Source: Nemertoderma westbladi
Lineage: Eukaryota; Animalia; Xenacoelomorpha
Assembly: GCA_032718475.1 (NCBI GenBank)
Contig: JAUCBJ010008087.1
Span: 20,465 to 84,464 of the forward strand
Length of the DNA stretch: 64,000 nucleotides
Reading direction: 5' to 3'
The position numbers were made by a program, and so were the translations under genes. A model generated the notes under the pieces. It was not told the DNA's origin, searched no databases, and saw only the letters and a program-made list of their open reading frames with translations. Shown piece after piece: positions 1 through 12,030 of this stretch. Numbering within the stretch: position 1 is the first letter of the stretch; each line of letters opens with the position of its first letter.

Positions 1-2
1 AA

Positions 3-3000
3 ATACTCATCGGCCAAAACGCGCATGAGGCGCTCGAGACATTGGAGAAACGGCCTGCTCAACCGCAGCCACTGCAAACCTATGCGGTAAGAACTAGAGT
101 AGGTTGGTACTTTACTGGCCCTTCCCGCAGAACTCTCGAAGAGAGAATGCCACAAGAACGAATATACCAAGTAAACGATGGGGAAGTGGAGAGCAGTGAG
201 GTGGACGAACTAACTGAGGGAACACCATACTCCTCAGATAATGACGACATCTACCAACTCTTCGATGAAGTGAACACAATCGACCTACTTACAGAAAACA
301 AAACGTGGAAAAACCAGGTGAACCTATGTCAACTGATTCGCCCATCGGGACCCATTGATTACAATGACGAACTAAATGATGAGATAGAGCGCTGCAACGC
401 TAGAACTCGGGACGAACTCGCCGTACGATTCTTTACTCAAGAACTGGTAGAGCCCAATTCATACGATAAGGCCCTATCGATAGAAGAAGAAAGAGCCAAG
501 CAAATCCAGGAAACAACTACACGTTTTTTAAAGGACCAAGGTAGATATGAAATCGGCCTACCATTTCGAAAACGAGAACCTAGATTTATAAATAACAGAC
601 CCTTGGCAGAGAAAAGAATCGCTCAATTACATCGATGCCTTATGGCTAATGCTTCAGCTAAAGAAATGTACCAAATACAGTTGAAGAAATTTATAACAAA
701 GGGATACGCGGAGCGAGTACCAGAAGGAACACCAGTGACTGAGAGAACGTATTACTTAACACATCATTACGTTCCCAAACCCGGTAAACCCCACGAAGTA
801 CGAGTCGTATTCAATGGCTCCGCCCTATATATGGGCCAATCCCTCAATTCCGAGTTGTTACCAGGATCCAACTTACTCCAATCTTTGTTGGGAATACTTT
901 TAAGATCAAGACAATATTCCATCGCGTTCGCCTCCGATATAGAAGGAATGTTCTTACAAGTCAAGGCGCTGGATAGAGATAGAGACAGCCTGAGATTTCT
1001 GTGGTGGCCTGAAGGAGACCTCAATCAGAAACCGGTAGAGTACTGGATGACCATCCAGTCTTTTGGGATCATATCTAGTCCTTCCAACGCCTGCTCCGTG
1101 GTGCGAACCACTGCGAATGACAACCGAGACGCCTTCTCAAAAGAGGTGATAGACAACATCAAGCGTAATATATACATGGACGATAATTTAAGGTCCCTTC
1201 CAACAGTAGAAGAAGCCATTGATGTCGCGAAAGGAACGGTAGAGTGTTTGAAAAGAGGTGGATTTCGACTGACGAAATTCACTAGCAACTCCCGTGAGTT
1301 TCTGGAAGCGATACCGTTAGAAGACCGAGGAACGAAAGACCTAGACTTAATAAAGGACGATCTTCCTGAAACCAAGACGCTTGGCTTGAAGTGGGACACT
1401 GAAAGAGACATCCTGTTTTTTCAGTTAAAACAGCGAGATAATCCAGTTCGGACCAAACGGATTTGTTTAAGTATCCTGAGCACTTATTTCGACCCATTGG
1501 GATTTATTAGCCCAGTTATAGTGATTGCTCGGAGTTTAGTACAACAAATGTGGCTTGAAAACCACTCATGGGACGATCCGCTTAAGGGAGAACTGTTAAA
1601 GAAATGGATGAAATGGGAAGATTCTCTACCTGCCATCGAGAACTTTATAATTTCCCGTGCATATTTTGGCCATGTTCTTCCTACGTATTCCTATCAACTC
1701 CATGTGTTTGGAGACGCCAGCGACATGGGAATAGGTATAGTAGCATATCTGCGAGTCGAAACTCCGGATGGAATCAAAGTCGCCTTGGTTACCTCTAAGG
1801 CATTGATTAACAACAAGTTAAAGGTTCCTCGAGCGGAGTTAAAGGCGGCTTTATACGCTACAGCCATCGGCCGGAACGTAACAGAACAAATCGACTATCC
1901 ACTGGAGAAAACGGTTTATTGGACCGACGCTTTACTCGTGTTGGAGTATCTAACCAATGAAGTCTGTCAGTTCAGCGTTTTTGTTACTAACAGGGTAGCT
2001 ATTATTCTTAGTCGCACAAAGATAGATCAATGGAGACATTGCCCTGGTACGATTAATCCAGCCGATATCGCCTCCAGGGGAGCAACTCCACAGGAACTGA
2101 TAGATACTCCAGATTGGTTGGGTGGACCCGACTTCCTGAGCAAGGAAGAGGATGAATGGCCTCCTCACCTTACTACGGCGGAGATTAGACAAGCCAAGGG
2201 AGCGGAGACAGTCAAACCTAAAACCCGGGCGAGTAAATCGAAGTTATTTAAACCGACGATCGATCTATCTGTATTACATACTTCCGGGAATGATGCTTCG
2301 GATCCACAATCCCTCGCCACAAATAAGTCTGTTGTGGAAATTAGAGATAGAGATTGGAAATCTGGAATACCAGACGTCTCGCAAGGAATCTCACCCCTGC
2401 TGCAGAGAGCAACGCATCACTACAGTTCCTGGAATCGGCTCTGTAAAGCCGTCACATATTTAAGGCGATGTTTTCATCATCACTACTCCAGGACGAAGAC
2501 CACTAGTGATACCGCTCCATTGACATCTGCACAAGTTCATGTTATTAAAAATTTACCCAAATATAAGACATCTGACTGGTTTCTCAAGGAGAAAATAAGC
2601 AGATACTGAGACTCCTGCAATGCTATGAAGATTCCGATAAGTATTTCCTGTTGTTGAGAAATCCGCAGATGCGCTTACGGGATCGCTTCTCTAGCACAAT
2701 GATAGATGGGTTAATACGTGTTGGAGGAAGGCTCACCAATGCGCCATTATCCTTTGACACTAAATTCCCCATACTCATTAGAAATCTTGAAGTACAAATC
2801 AAGATGATTGTAGATGTTCACAGCAAACTTTATCATGCTGGTAGAGAACGAGTTCTTAGCGAAATCCGAACTCGCTATTATTTTTATAAACCCCGTAGAG
2901 CTCTGAACCAAGTTCTTAGGAACTGCATACCCTGTAGGAAAGCATTCAGTAGGCCTTTAACACAGCGAGAGGCAGAATTACCTAGGGAACGAGTAAGCTT

Positions 3001-4030
3001 CTATGAACCACCTTTTACTAATACTGGTGTAGATTTATTTGGCCCTATTGAAGTATATCGTGCTAGGACTATAGTCAAGAGATGGTGTGTCATCTTCGTA
3101 TGCATGACTTGTAGAGCCATCCATCTCGATATGGTGAACGATCTATCTACCAACAGCTTCGTATTAAGTTTACGCCGACAGATCGCTCGCTTCGGGACGA
3201 GTAATACCATGAGATCGGATAAGGGAACGAACTTCATTGGTGCCAACAACGAAATACAGGCTTACGTGAAGGACTGGAACCAAAGACAGGTGGACGATCA
3301 GCTAAGGATAACAGCGTCTAGCTGGACCTTCAACGCCGCCGACGCCCCTTGGTGGGGAGCAAGTTGGGAGATATTAATTAGAAGTGTTAAGACCGCATTT
3401 CACTTTATAGTGCCATGCCGCGCGTATCTCACCGACGAACTTTTGCGGACGTTAATGGAGGAAATAGCTGCCTATCTTAACGAGAGACCGCTTATGCCAG
3501 TCTCATCGAGTCCCGATTCCCTGGAAGCGCTAACACCCGCGCACTTCCTACTGAAGAAACCTGTAGCCATGCTCCCACGATCGGAGATTGCCGACGGAGA
3601 CGAATACTGCCGTCGAACTTGGCAACTTATGCAGTTGCTATCCCGTCGTTTCGCTGACCATTTCGAGAAACATTATCTGCCCACGCTACAACTTCGAACT
3701 AAGTGGTTTGCACAGCAAGAAAACGTCAGCGCCGGAGATATGGTGCTTATTGTAGATCCAGACCTCCCACGTAAACGGTGGCAGACAGGTCGTATCATCG
3801 GGACTCACATCTCAAATGATGGTTTAGTACGCTCGGTAGAACTCGTCGTCATGCGGCGTAACTTCAAGAAGCCAGGCATAATCTTTGAGACGCAACAACT
3901 CAACCGCCCAGTTGGTCGTTTATGTTTACTGGAAAGAGACAGAGAACTCTCCGGAAACTATGGAAGGCAAGACACTCTTCCCACGACCACCTCCCTAATT
4001 CCTCAAACATCTAGGGACTCCCCAACGTGA
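3..4030 (+). pseudogene. pol: BEL/Pao pol polyprotein (end of protease, RT, RNase H, integrase, DUF5641), disrupted at ~2607-2650
   Basis: ILIG (protease end), NIYMDD (RT), LHVFGDAS/PRAEL/YWTDA/NPADIASRG (Pao RNase H), HxxxxH...CxxC, GVDLFGP, SDKGTNF, WGASWE (integrase). A stop at 2607-2609 plus a frameshift separates ORFs 42..2609 and 2651..4030. Confidence 0.95.
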
Positions 4031-5645
4031 TACGTCTGGAGTGGGCGCATGACTATATTATTTTATCTATTTTATTATATTTTATACGTGAACATTATTA
4101 TGTACTTTATTATAATCGTTTTTATTCAATTTTATTTAGTAGAATGTTATTTTAGATTATTTAGTAGGTTAGTGCAATATATTAGTGTTTATTACGTAAT
4201 TACCTATATATAATATATATTTAGTGTGAAGGCGAGAAATAATTTTTCTCTTTCCTTACTGTCCGTATCATATTATAAATACGTGACTACAGTAAGATGA
4301 AATGTCCGTGCTTATTAAAGTACAATAAAGCCCCTACTATATTTAAGTATTATTGGTAGGCAGAGTATTAGGAATGCAAAGTTCAGATCCTCGTGTCTCG
4401 GCTAAACCAAGCTCTGGGTAGACCTTGGAAACGACTTGCCTCTTCACACTGACATTGCTTCGTGCGATATTGCTCTTCTACCTTATATTAAATAATACAT
4501 ATAGTAGCGTGATGTCCATATAACAGTAGCGTAAAACGCAAATAAATCTGTTAAACCTTTTGACCATCTGTAATTCTAGTCGATTAAGATATCGCGGCAC
4601 CCACCAATATACTTGAAAGACAAATTCTAGAATCAGTGGTTAACGTCCCCAGACAAGTTCTGGAATAAATCGGTGCCCATCTTAAATATTAATTTAATAT
4701 TTATTAAAATCTGTAAAATTCAGATCCTTTAAAATTTCTAGTCAATTAAGATATCGCAGCACTTACAGAAACTCTTAAAAGACAATTTTCATATAATTAA
4801 GGATCCTATGTCCCCAGACCTGCTCTGGAATCAAATTGTGTCAATTGTACTATCAAATAATAAAATTCACGGGAATAAATTTAAATTCATATTTTAAATG
4901 AATTTCATAAATTGTCATTTTGTGCAATTTATAACATTCCCAAAATTCCATTAATTAATAGATCATGGGAGCGGAGATTCATCCTATTGAGTGTATTAGA
5001 GTGCGAGAATCTCCAACATATAGTCAATAGCTGATAAAATTAATAAAATCATGTATAAAGAGGATATTGACAATTAAAGAATTACTATTAAATAGCATTC
5101 CAGATCTGTATGCATGAGAATTACCCTAATTCTACCGCTAGCTTTCCATAATGTCACCATAGCAACACCCACGCTAGAATTAGAAGCAAGTTAAAAGAAC
5201 AATAGAAAGCTTGTCACATTGCATAGCATAGAGAATACATAGCATACTGTTAGTATCCAAAGATACACAGTAATAACGTGACATTCTGGAAGGCACTGAC
5301 TAACGGACAAATGGCCTGTATGTGTACAGTTGTGTGGAATTTGTGCGTTTATAGGTGAATGTTACTGCTAAAGTATGTTTACAGTAGCTAGTCGCAATTG
5401 TGAAAGTAGCCCAACTCTCCTATAGAAAGAACCTAAAGTGGATTCAAGCCTTTGGGACGGACAGTGGAGTGACTTGTGCCGGTTATCGTTGTCGTGCTGT
5501 TGCTACATGTTGGCGTAAACACCGCGACGACGGTACATCGGCGCTGAGGATCTTGCACTGTCTGGGGGCAAAGAGGGGTAGGCAGCGACGCCCGCTAGCC
5601 TAAAATATAAACTCATTACAATATTAATAAACTCAGATAGCAGAT

Positions 5646-7076
5646 ATGACGGAGTTGATAGAAGATGATCTTGGTATCAGGGAGCGATATACTCTACCTT
5701 TACAAGCATTTGTGGATAGCTTGATACGCGGTGAAGCCGATCCAACCATTACGGAGGACGATGGTCGTTATATCGAACCGCCGATGTCCCAAGAGCAACT
5801 TACGCGTGAATTGGACTATCGAAAATTCACCGCTCGCTATACGCATCGTAATGGTACGTATATGGACTTCCTAACTACTGGCCATCCTATCGATTTACAT
5901 GATACGGACGATGTAGACACCGAAAGGGAAATGGTTCTATTTAAATATCATACCCAGCGGCGTCGTAACGATAAACCGAGAATAGATCACGAAAATTCTA
6001 TTCGTAACAGACTGGGAAGACGAACCAATATGCCTAGAATCTGAGGAGATTCAGCCTATCGCGCCCGGAACAGCGACAACGATTACATCCTAGAATGGTA
6101 TCAAGGTCCACAGTGTCTCACTGCGTACGATTATCGCCATGCCAACTATGTTTCTCGGCAACGTTGTCGGTTATGCGCATCGAGAGACCATGTTACGCCC
6201 ATGGACACAAACGTCCGCTGTTCCTATTTCCACGAACAACCGGCGATGGAAATTTATTGCGCGTATTGCAGATTTAATAATTTGCACATTTTTGCGGTTT
6301 GCCCTCAATTTATGACTCAATGTCACCATTGTCAACTAAAGGGACACGCCAGTTTCGATTGCCCTTTTTAATCACGATTTGGAAAGCATAGATGAAATGA
6401 TCACACTACGTTACATCAGAGCTTGGGAAGCGAACGCTGATTTACATTGTGATTCGCGCCATCGTTATTATCCTGGACGCGCTTACGAAGGAATTTATGC
6501 GTTCCATCCTTATCTATTCGCTTCTGTCGAGCAGAAATCACGCATATCGAGTTACGAACTACTGAAGCGCGTCGGAGAATGTATTTCAACCAAGTTCGTA
6601 CGCAAATTTCTCAGGAGTGTTAATCCTAGCGACCTTCATTCCTATAACTTAATCAATTATATCCATCAGGATCCGGACTAGGAGACTTATTTGTTAACTC
6701 ACACCCCGAGTTACAGGAAGTATACCGAGCCCGCGAACGCGAGTTGGAAAGAACCATTAAACCCCGGAGGTTTCTAACTGCCTATGGTCCACCCACGGCT
6801 CTCGTTCAGACCACTCGTAAAGGACCCGTAAGAGCGGCTGTCTTAAAACGCGCTCTCAAAGCCGTTAGACCCCTCTCCCCCGACGTTGATGTCAATCAAC
6901 CCGGCACTTCGACTGGCAGATACACCGACCATAATCCTACACCCTCTGATGCAATTATATTGCACCCTTCACCCAGGAGTTATAGCCCTCCTTGTAAAGT
7001 GGCTTGCCCCAAAGAGAAAAGGACTCTGGTCAGCTTTAAAAAACTGCGTAAACGCCGTCCGCGCAAGAAAGACTAA
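5646..7076 (+). pseudogene. Accessory ORF of BEL element 1 downstream of pol (~475 aa reconstructed), three CCHC-type Zn knuckles and a basic C-terminus
   Basis: ORF 5646..6044 reads through TGA into CRLCASRDHVTPMDTNVRC, CAYCRFNNLHIFAVC and CHHCQLKGHASFDC. A +1 shift in the T-run at 6365-6369 joins ORF 6379..6681, and a second shift joins ORF 6744..7076 ending KKLRKRRPRKKD. The duplicate copy at ~8605-8988 differs by an in-frame 18-nt indel. Confidence 0.7.
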
Positions 7077-7154
7077 CTGTTTAGAGTATTTACATATATT
7101 AGAAACTGTGATTTTTGTATATTTATAAACTTGAATCCCATTTTCTGGGAGCGG

Positions 7155-8275
7155 TGTAAAAGCTTTTGCGGATATAATCAGTCCCCCTCGCCCGCAAGGT
7201 ACCGTTATAGCTGTTTTAATGGACATAAAAGTCATTCTTCTATATGTGTGCTTTGGCGGACATGGTAAGGCAAAAAACCCGCAATGCGTCAAATACCCTG
7301 GCACAGCTTAGCCTTGATGATTCAGATTACGACATCTAACAGCTGGTTGCTGACATGGAAACGGCCATTGGACACATGGTTCTTTGTTTAGCTTAACAGC
7401 CAATCAGAGCGATTTTTTCTGTCGATGTGGAGATATTTAGCAGATCGTGCTAGGAGTGTTCAGTCTTACTGTTTTTCTTGATACTGTTGTGTTGTTTCTA
7501 TCTAGGCCAGGAACACCGGCTCTAGAGTCAATTCGTTTCAGACTTTAGAAGAAACATTAGTAGGCTTAGATTATAGAGCGTATAACTGTTATCGGTCTAG
7601 TACAATCAGTGCAATCAGCAGTAGTCTTATATCACTGCAACATACATTATTATACTGCTTTTTACTGTTGTGTTATGGTTGAATATTATTATCTGGAGAA
7701 CATCTATAAAGAACCCAAATTTCCCAATTTTCTTGATACACTACAGGTTAGAGAGACGGGTTACATATAGCGATTGCGACTTATATTATTGTGGTTTGTA
7801 GTGAATTTAATGCTATTTGATAAGCACTACATGAGTCAGTTGCTGTTCTCTTTATATATGATAAAATTCATTGACGGTCGGCAGATTAGTGTGCAGCATT
7901 GTGTGTTAACGGTAGTGTGCATGATTGTGAATGATAACTAAGCATTTCCTAAAGAATGCGCCTCATACGTGAATCATAAGCCTTACCGACTTACCGTTGT
8001 GTTTAGTATAAATCATATCTCTGTTTACCTAGATAGAGCGCCACGTCCTAAAGGAACTGTTAATATTTCCCGAAAGTGAATAATATTGGTCAGAAATTAT
8101 TTATTAACGATCAATCGAATAATACAGTAAGCTTACACTGCAATAACAATCTAAGCCCTCCGAATCCAGTCTCCCGGGTATATCCAGCGGGTGAATGGAC
8201 GCGCACTAGGCTGGCTTCGGCTAATGTTGTGTTTATTGGTATTAAATACTTGTCATTTTCTAAAGTCTATTTATA
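7155..8275 (+). repeat. LTR-A of BEL element 1 (lacks the last ~95 bp)
   Basis: Starts TGTAAAAGC after GGGAGCGG. Near-identical to 9067-10239 over ~7660-8275. Confidence 0.85.
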
Positions 8276-8439
8276 CGGTTGAATGGTGATATTAGGTGTC
8301 CGCGTCCCAATACGGCTAGGTAAGATGGGCGGCTAGCTAGAGCTCGCTGCCAGAGTGTTACCGATTAATTGTTAGGGTAGCACTAGATCTTTGAACAGTG
8401 AATACAGCTCGTGAGGATCTGGGATACCATCAGAATCGA

Positions 8440-8606
8440 AAGTCTGAGGTCTAATCAAGGAACGAGGTGGTCTGACCGAGTATTCCGGAACTATGATCGT
8501 AGGTTTACTCAAGGATCGTCTGAGTCGAGCGAGCGTAGGTGATATGTCGAACAAGTTTCGGAATACTCGGTCAGACCACCTCGTTCCTTGATTAGACCTC
8601 AGACTT
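8440..8606. repeat. Fold-back inverted repeat, 53-bp arms with a 61-nt spacer
   Basis: 8440-8492 is the reverse complement of 8554-8606 with one mismatch. Confidence 0.9.
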
Positions 8607-9066
8607 ACAGGAAGTATATCGACGGCCTTACGAATACCGAGCCCGCGAACGCGAGTTGGAAAGAACCATTAAACCCCGGAGGTTTCTAACTGCCTATGGT
8701 CCACCCACGGCTCTCGTTCAGACCACTCGTAAAGGACCCGTAAGAGCGGCTGTCTTAAAACGAGCTCTCAAAGCCGTTAGACCCCTCTCCCCCGACGTTG
8801 ATGTCAATCAACCCGGCACTTCGACTGGCGGATACACCGACCATAACCCTACACCCTCTGATGCAATTATATTGCACCCTTCACCCAGGAGTTATAGCCC
8901 TCCTTGTAAAGTGGCTCGCCCCAAAGAGAAAAGGACTCTGGCCAGCTTTAAAAAACTGCGTAAACGCCGTCCGCGCAAGAAAGACTAACTGTTTAGAGTA
9001 TTTACGTATATTAGAAACTGTGATTTTTGTATATTTATAGACTCAAATCCCATTTTCTGGGAGCAG
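8605..9066 (+). repeat. Duplicate of the accessory-ORF 3' end and PPT (copy of ~6711-7154)
   Basis: ORF 8656..8988 is nearly identical to ORF 6744..7076. Confidence 0.92.
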
Positions 9067-10334
9067 TGTAAAAGCTTTTGTGGGATGTAACTGGCCCTTT
9101 TGCTTTGCAATCCAGTTCCCCCCCAGGCGCTGGAATACTCTAAAAAGCTCTCTAACTCGAATGATGCAAAGCGACCGGCTGATTGGCTGATTTGTTATAC
9201 GACGGGCTATTTGCAATGTTCTATCGGCCAACCAGAGCTATAGCAGCAGAGTATGCAACCAGGGCAACCGAGCGGAGTGACTCATTTTGTGTGTTGGCCA
9301 AGGGCTGCAAAAATCCTGATAGTTCGGCATTTAGATATTCGTGGAACCTGTGGAATCTGGTGTTCTGCCAATGAGAGCTATTCCTCTCTGTGTAAAAAGA
9401 TACCTGCAACGGTGTTAGAGTCAGAGAGTGTTTTTGTTACTGTTGTGTTGTTTCTATCTAGGCCAAGAACACCGGCTCTGGAGTCAATTGTTTCAGACTT
9501 TAGAAGAAACATTAGTAGGCTTAGATTATAGAACGTATAACTGTTATCTCGCCATAATTATCAACTAACCAAACAATCATATCATATCTTAACCTACCGT
9601 CTTAATGCTATTTACTGTTGTTATTATTTGTATCAGTTGGTTGAATATTATTATTTGGAGAACATCTATAAAGAACCCAAATTTCCCAATTTTCTTGATA
9701 CACTACAGGTTAGAGAGACAGGTTACATATAGCGATTGCGACTTATATCATCGTGGTTTGTAGTGAGTTTAATGCTATTTGATAGGCACTACATGAGTCA
9801 ATTGCTGTTCTCTTTATATATGATAAAATTCATTGACGGTCGGCAGATTATTGTGCAGTATTGTGTGGTACCGGTAGTGTGCATGATTGTGGCTGATAAC
9901 TAAGCATTTCCTAAAGAATGCGCCTCATACGTGAATCATAAGCCTTACCGACTTACCGTTGTGTTTAGTACAAGTCATATCTCTGTTTACCTAGATAGAG
10001 CGCCACGTCCTAAAGGAACTGCTAATATTTCCCGAAAGTGAATAATATTGGTCAGAAATTATTTATTAACGATCAATCGAATAATACAGTAAGCTTACAC
10101 TGCAATAACAATCTAAGCCCCATCCGAATCCAGTCTCCCGGGTATATCCAGCGGGTGAATGGACGCGCACTAGGCTGGCTTCGGCTAATGTTGTGTTTAT
10201 TGGTATTAAATCCTTGTCATTTTCTAAAGTCTATTTATAAACCAAAAGACATATAAATTTTGGCAGGTTAAACTGCTAAAGGTCTTCAAAAGCGCGTACA
10301 GTCGGGATCCCACGCCAACCAGGATCCCGTCACA
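9067..10334 (+). repeat. LTR-B, complete 3' LTR of BEL element 1 (1268 bp, TG...CA)
   Basis: TGTAAAAG...CCCGTCACA, CCAAT boxes at ~9181 and ~9368, terminal hairpin shared with the LTR at 60000-60733. Confidence 0.88.
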
Positions 10335-10484
10335 CACAAATACAGTACAATCTTTAAATAAAATAATATAATAGTTTACAAGGAACACAAACAACCTAAA
10401 TAAAGTTGGCTCAGAGTATATTATTTGATTTTGTACTATTTCCTTAGAATCACTCCAAGTGTACTGGCAACAATGATCACAAGC

Positions 10485-11039
10485 CTATGGCACCGTAGCA
10501 GTAAAGATTGAGCTACTCCAATCAACTTCCCCATCTGCTCCGAGAGGATTATTCTCCCAAATAGTATCACAGGCTCCATCGCAGCATTGTGACTGACAGG
10601 CCACCTGGGGATCTTCTACCGTATTCTTGAATGCATTTACAATGTCCGCCATCATGTTTGCCATAACGTTTCCATCGTCTTCATCATCATCTTTACTAAC
10701 ACATTCATCCTCAGATATTGATTTACACTGATCCATCAACACATCTTCCCTCAAACACCCTACCATTCCCACATTCATGAGTATGTTGGCATCTACTTCC
10801 TTCATCTTCCCCCCTACTAGAGTCGACATTGTCATGCACTTCGCGCAATCTTCTGTAATTACCTTCGGTACTCCATCAGAAAGCGATTTGACCACCAGAT
10901 CTTGAATTTTCTGTATTTGGGAATTGTCAGATTTTATTACAAAAGTTAAACCTTCTTCACAAGTTGCGCCTTCACAAACTGAGTTAACGAAGATAACACA
11001 AAGACACACCACCACATGTATTAACTTGGGGTTATCCAT
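10485..11039 (-). CDS. Secreted Cys-rich protein, divergent Ly6/uPAR (three-finger)-like, intronless
   Basis: Hydrophobic signal peptide, then about 10 Cys ending in CQSQCCDGACD (resembles the LU C-terminal CCxxxxCN motif). A paralog at 13249-13797 conserves the Cys pattern. Confidence 0.7.
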   Translation of the reverse strand: MDNPKLIHVVVCLCVIFVNSVCEGATCEEGLTFVIKSDNSQIQKIQDLVVKSLSDGVPKVITEDCAKCMTMSTLVGGKMKEVDANILMNVGMVGCLREDVLMDQCKSISEDECVSKDDDEDDGNVMANMMADIVNAFKNTVEDPQVACQSQCCDGACDTIWENNPLGADGEVDWSSSIFTATVP

Positions 11040-11189
11040 TCTTGTAAGGTGTTATGTGGAATATTTAATTCTTTATACAGTAAATTATTTTTGCTATTAG
11101 ATTAAATAGGGTGAAATACAGTATTATTTGGAACCTATTAATAATTATCTTTGATAAATACTACAGTAATTAAAAAATATGAGATGCTA

Positions 11190-12030
11190 CCCATAGAAAC
11201 AGGGGACTTTACACCTGCCGAACTCCAGAGAAGCATTAAAAGCATTTCCAATCATAAAGTGAGTGGATTAGATGAAATCCCTGCAGAGAGGTATGGAAAA
11301 CAGGAGCCCTAACCAAAGCATTATTGGATGTTTGCAACCGGATGCTAAAAGGGGAAATTCCACCACGAATTTGGACTAAAGGTCAACGAAAGCCTCTCCC
11401 CAAGAAAGGAAACCTCGGTGTACCAACAAACTATCGTGGGATCTGTCTTCCTGAAGTACAGTGGCTGCCAAAATATACAACAAAATTATTCTTAATAGAA
11501 TTAGACCTCACATAGAGAAACTTCTTCGTTAAGATTCAAAATGGATTTCGACAAAATAGATCAACAATAGCTCAGATATTTGCACTTCGGAGACTACTAT
11601 AGTTAAGGGAATTAATTAAGTTAAGAAAACCTTCCCTCAGTCCTGACCTTTGTGGATTTTCAAGAAATCATTTGAATCCATCTATATAGATAAAATTCTC
11701 GAAATCCAAAGAGTTTATGGAATACCAGAAGTAATCGACGCTGACATTGTGTTGTTATATTGTAACACAGAAGCTCAGGTAATCTTACCAGATGGTGAGA
11801 CTGAGTCATTCTCCGTTATGGCTGGCGACTGCAAGGAGACACGTAGGCGCCATTACTATTCTTAAATGTAATCTGGATTACGCAATAAGGACGGCCAAAA
11901 GGGTGAAAATAATACAATCACAGACACCGACTTTAAGATGACATTGCCCTGTTTTCTAATACGCTAGCTGGTGCACAACTTATGTTGAATAAGGTGGAAA
12001 AGGCTGATAAAGTGGTTGAATTGCAGATTC
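11190..12030 (+). mobile_element. Degenerate non-LTR retrotransposon RT fragment (RTE-like)
   Basis: Frameshifted motifs SGLDEIPAE, PLPKKGNL...NYRGICL, QNGFRQNRSTIAQIFALR, TFVDF, YGIPE and DDIALF. Confidence 0.85.

Larger units (their letters stand above)
1..10334 (+). mobile_element. BEL/Pao LTR retrotransposon 1 (5' end outside window): pol, accessory ORF and tandem 3' LTRs
   Basis: Domain order PR-RT-RH-IN with BEL-type motifs. GGGAGC(G/A)G precedes TGTAA at both LTR starts, and the LTR ends ...CCCGTCACA at 10334. The sequence after 10334 matches the 3' flank of the paralogous host gene at ~13087, which confirms the boundary. Confidence 0.92.

Noticed and set aside
767-3249. Antisense and alternate-frame ORFs over pol (likewise over MULE, DUF1295, DXO and gag)
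   Set aside because: Shadow ORFs of real coding frames with no independent motifs.
4031-4060. 3' LTR starting right after integrase (GGAGTGGGCGCATG)
   Set aside because: No TGT start and no second copy; the duplicated PPT plus TGTAA at 7155 and 9067 is better supported.
5646-7076. env gene
   Set aside because: No signal peptide or TM anchor in the reconstructed product.
10435-10500. GPI-anchor tail in an alternative frame of the Ly6-like gene (LVIIVASTLGVILRK)
   Set aside because: Both paralogs stop at the same codon, and the alternative frame is not conserved in the second copy.
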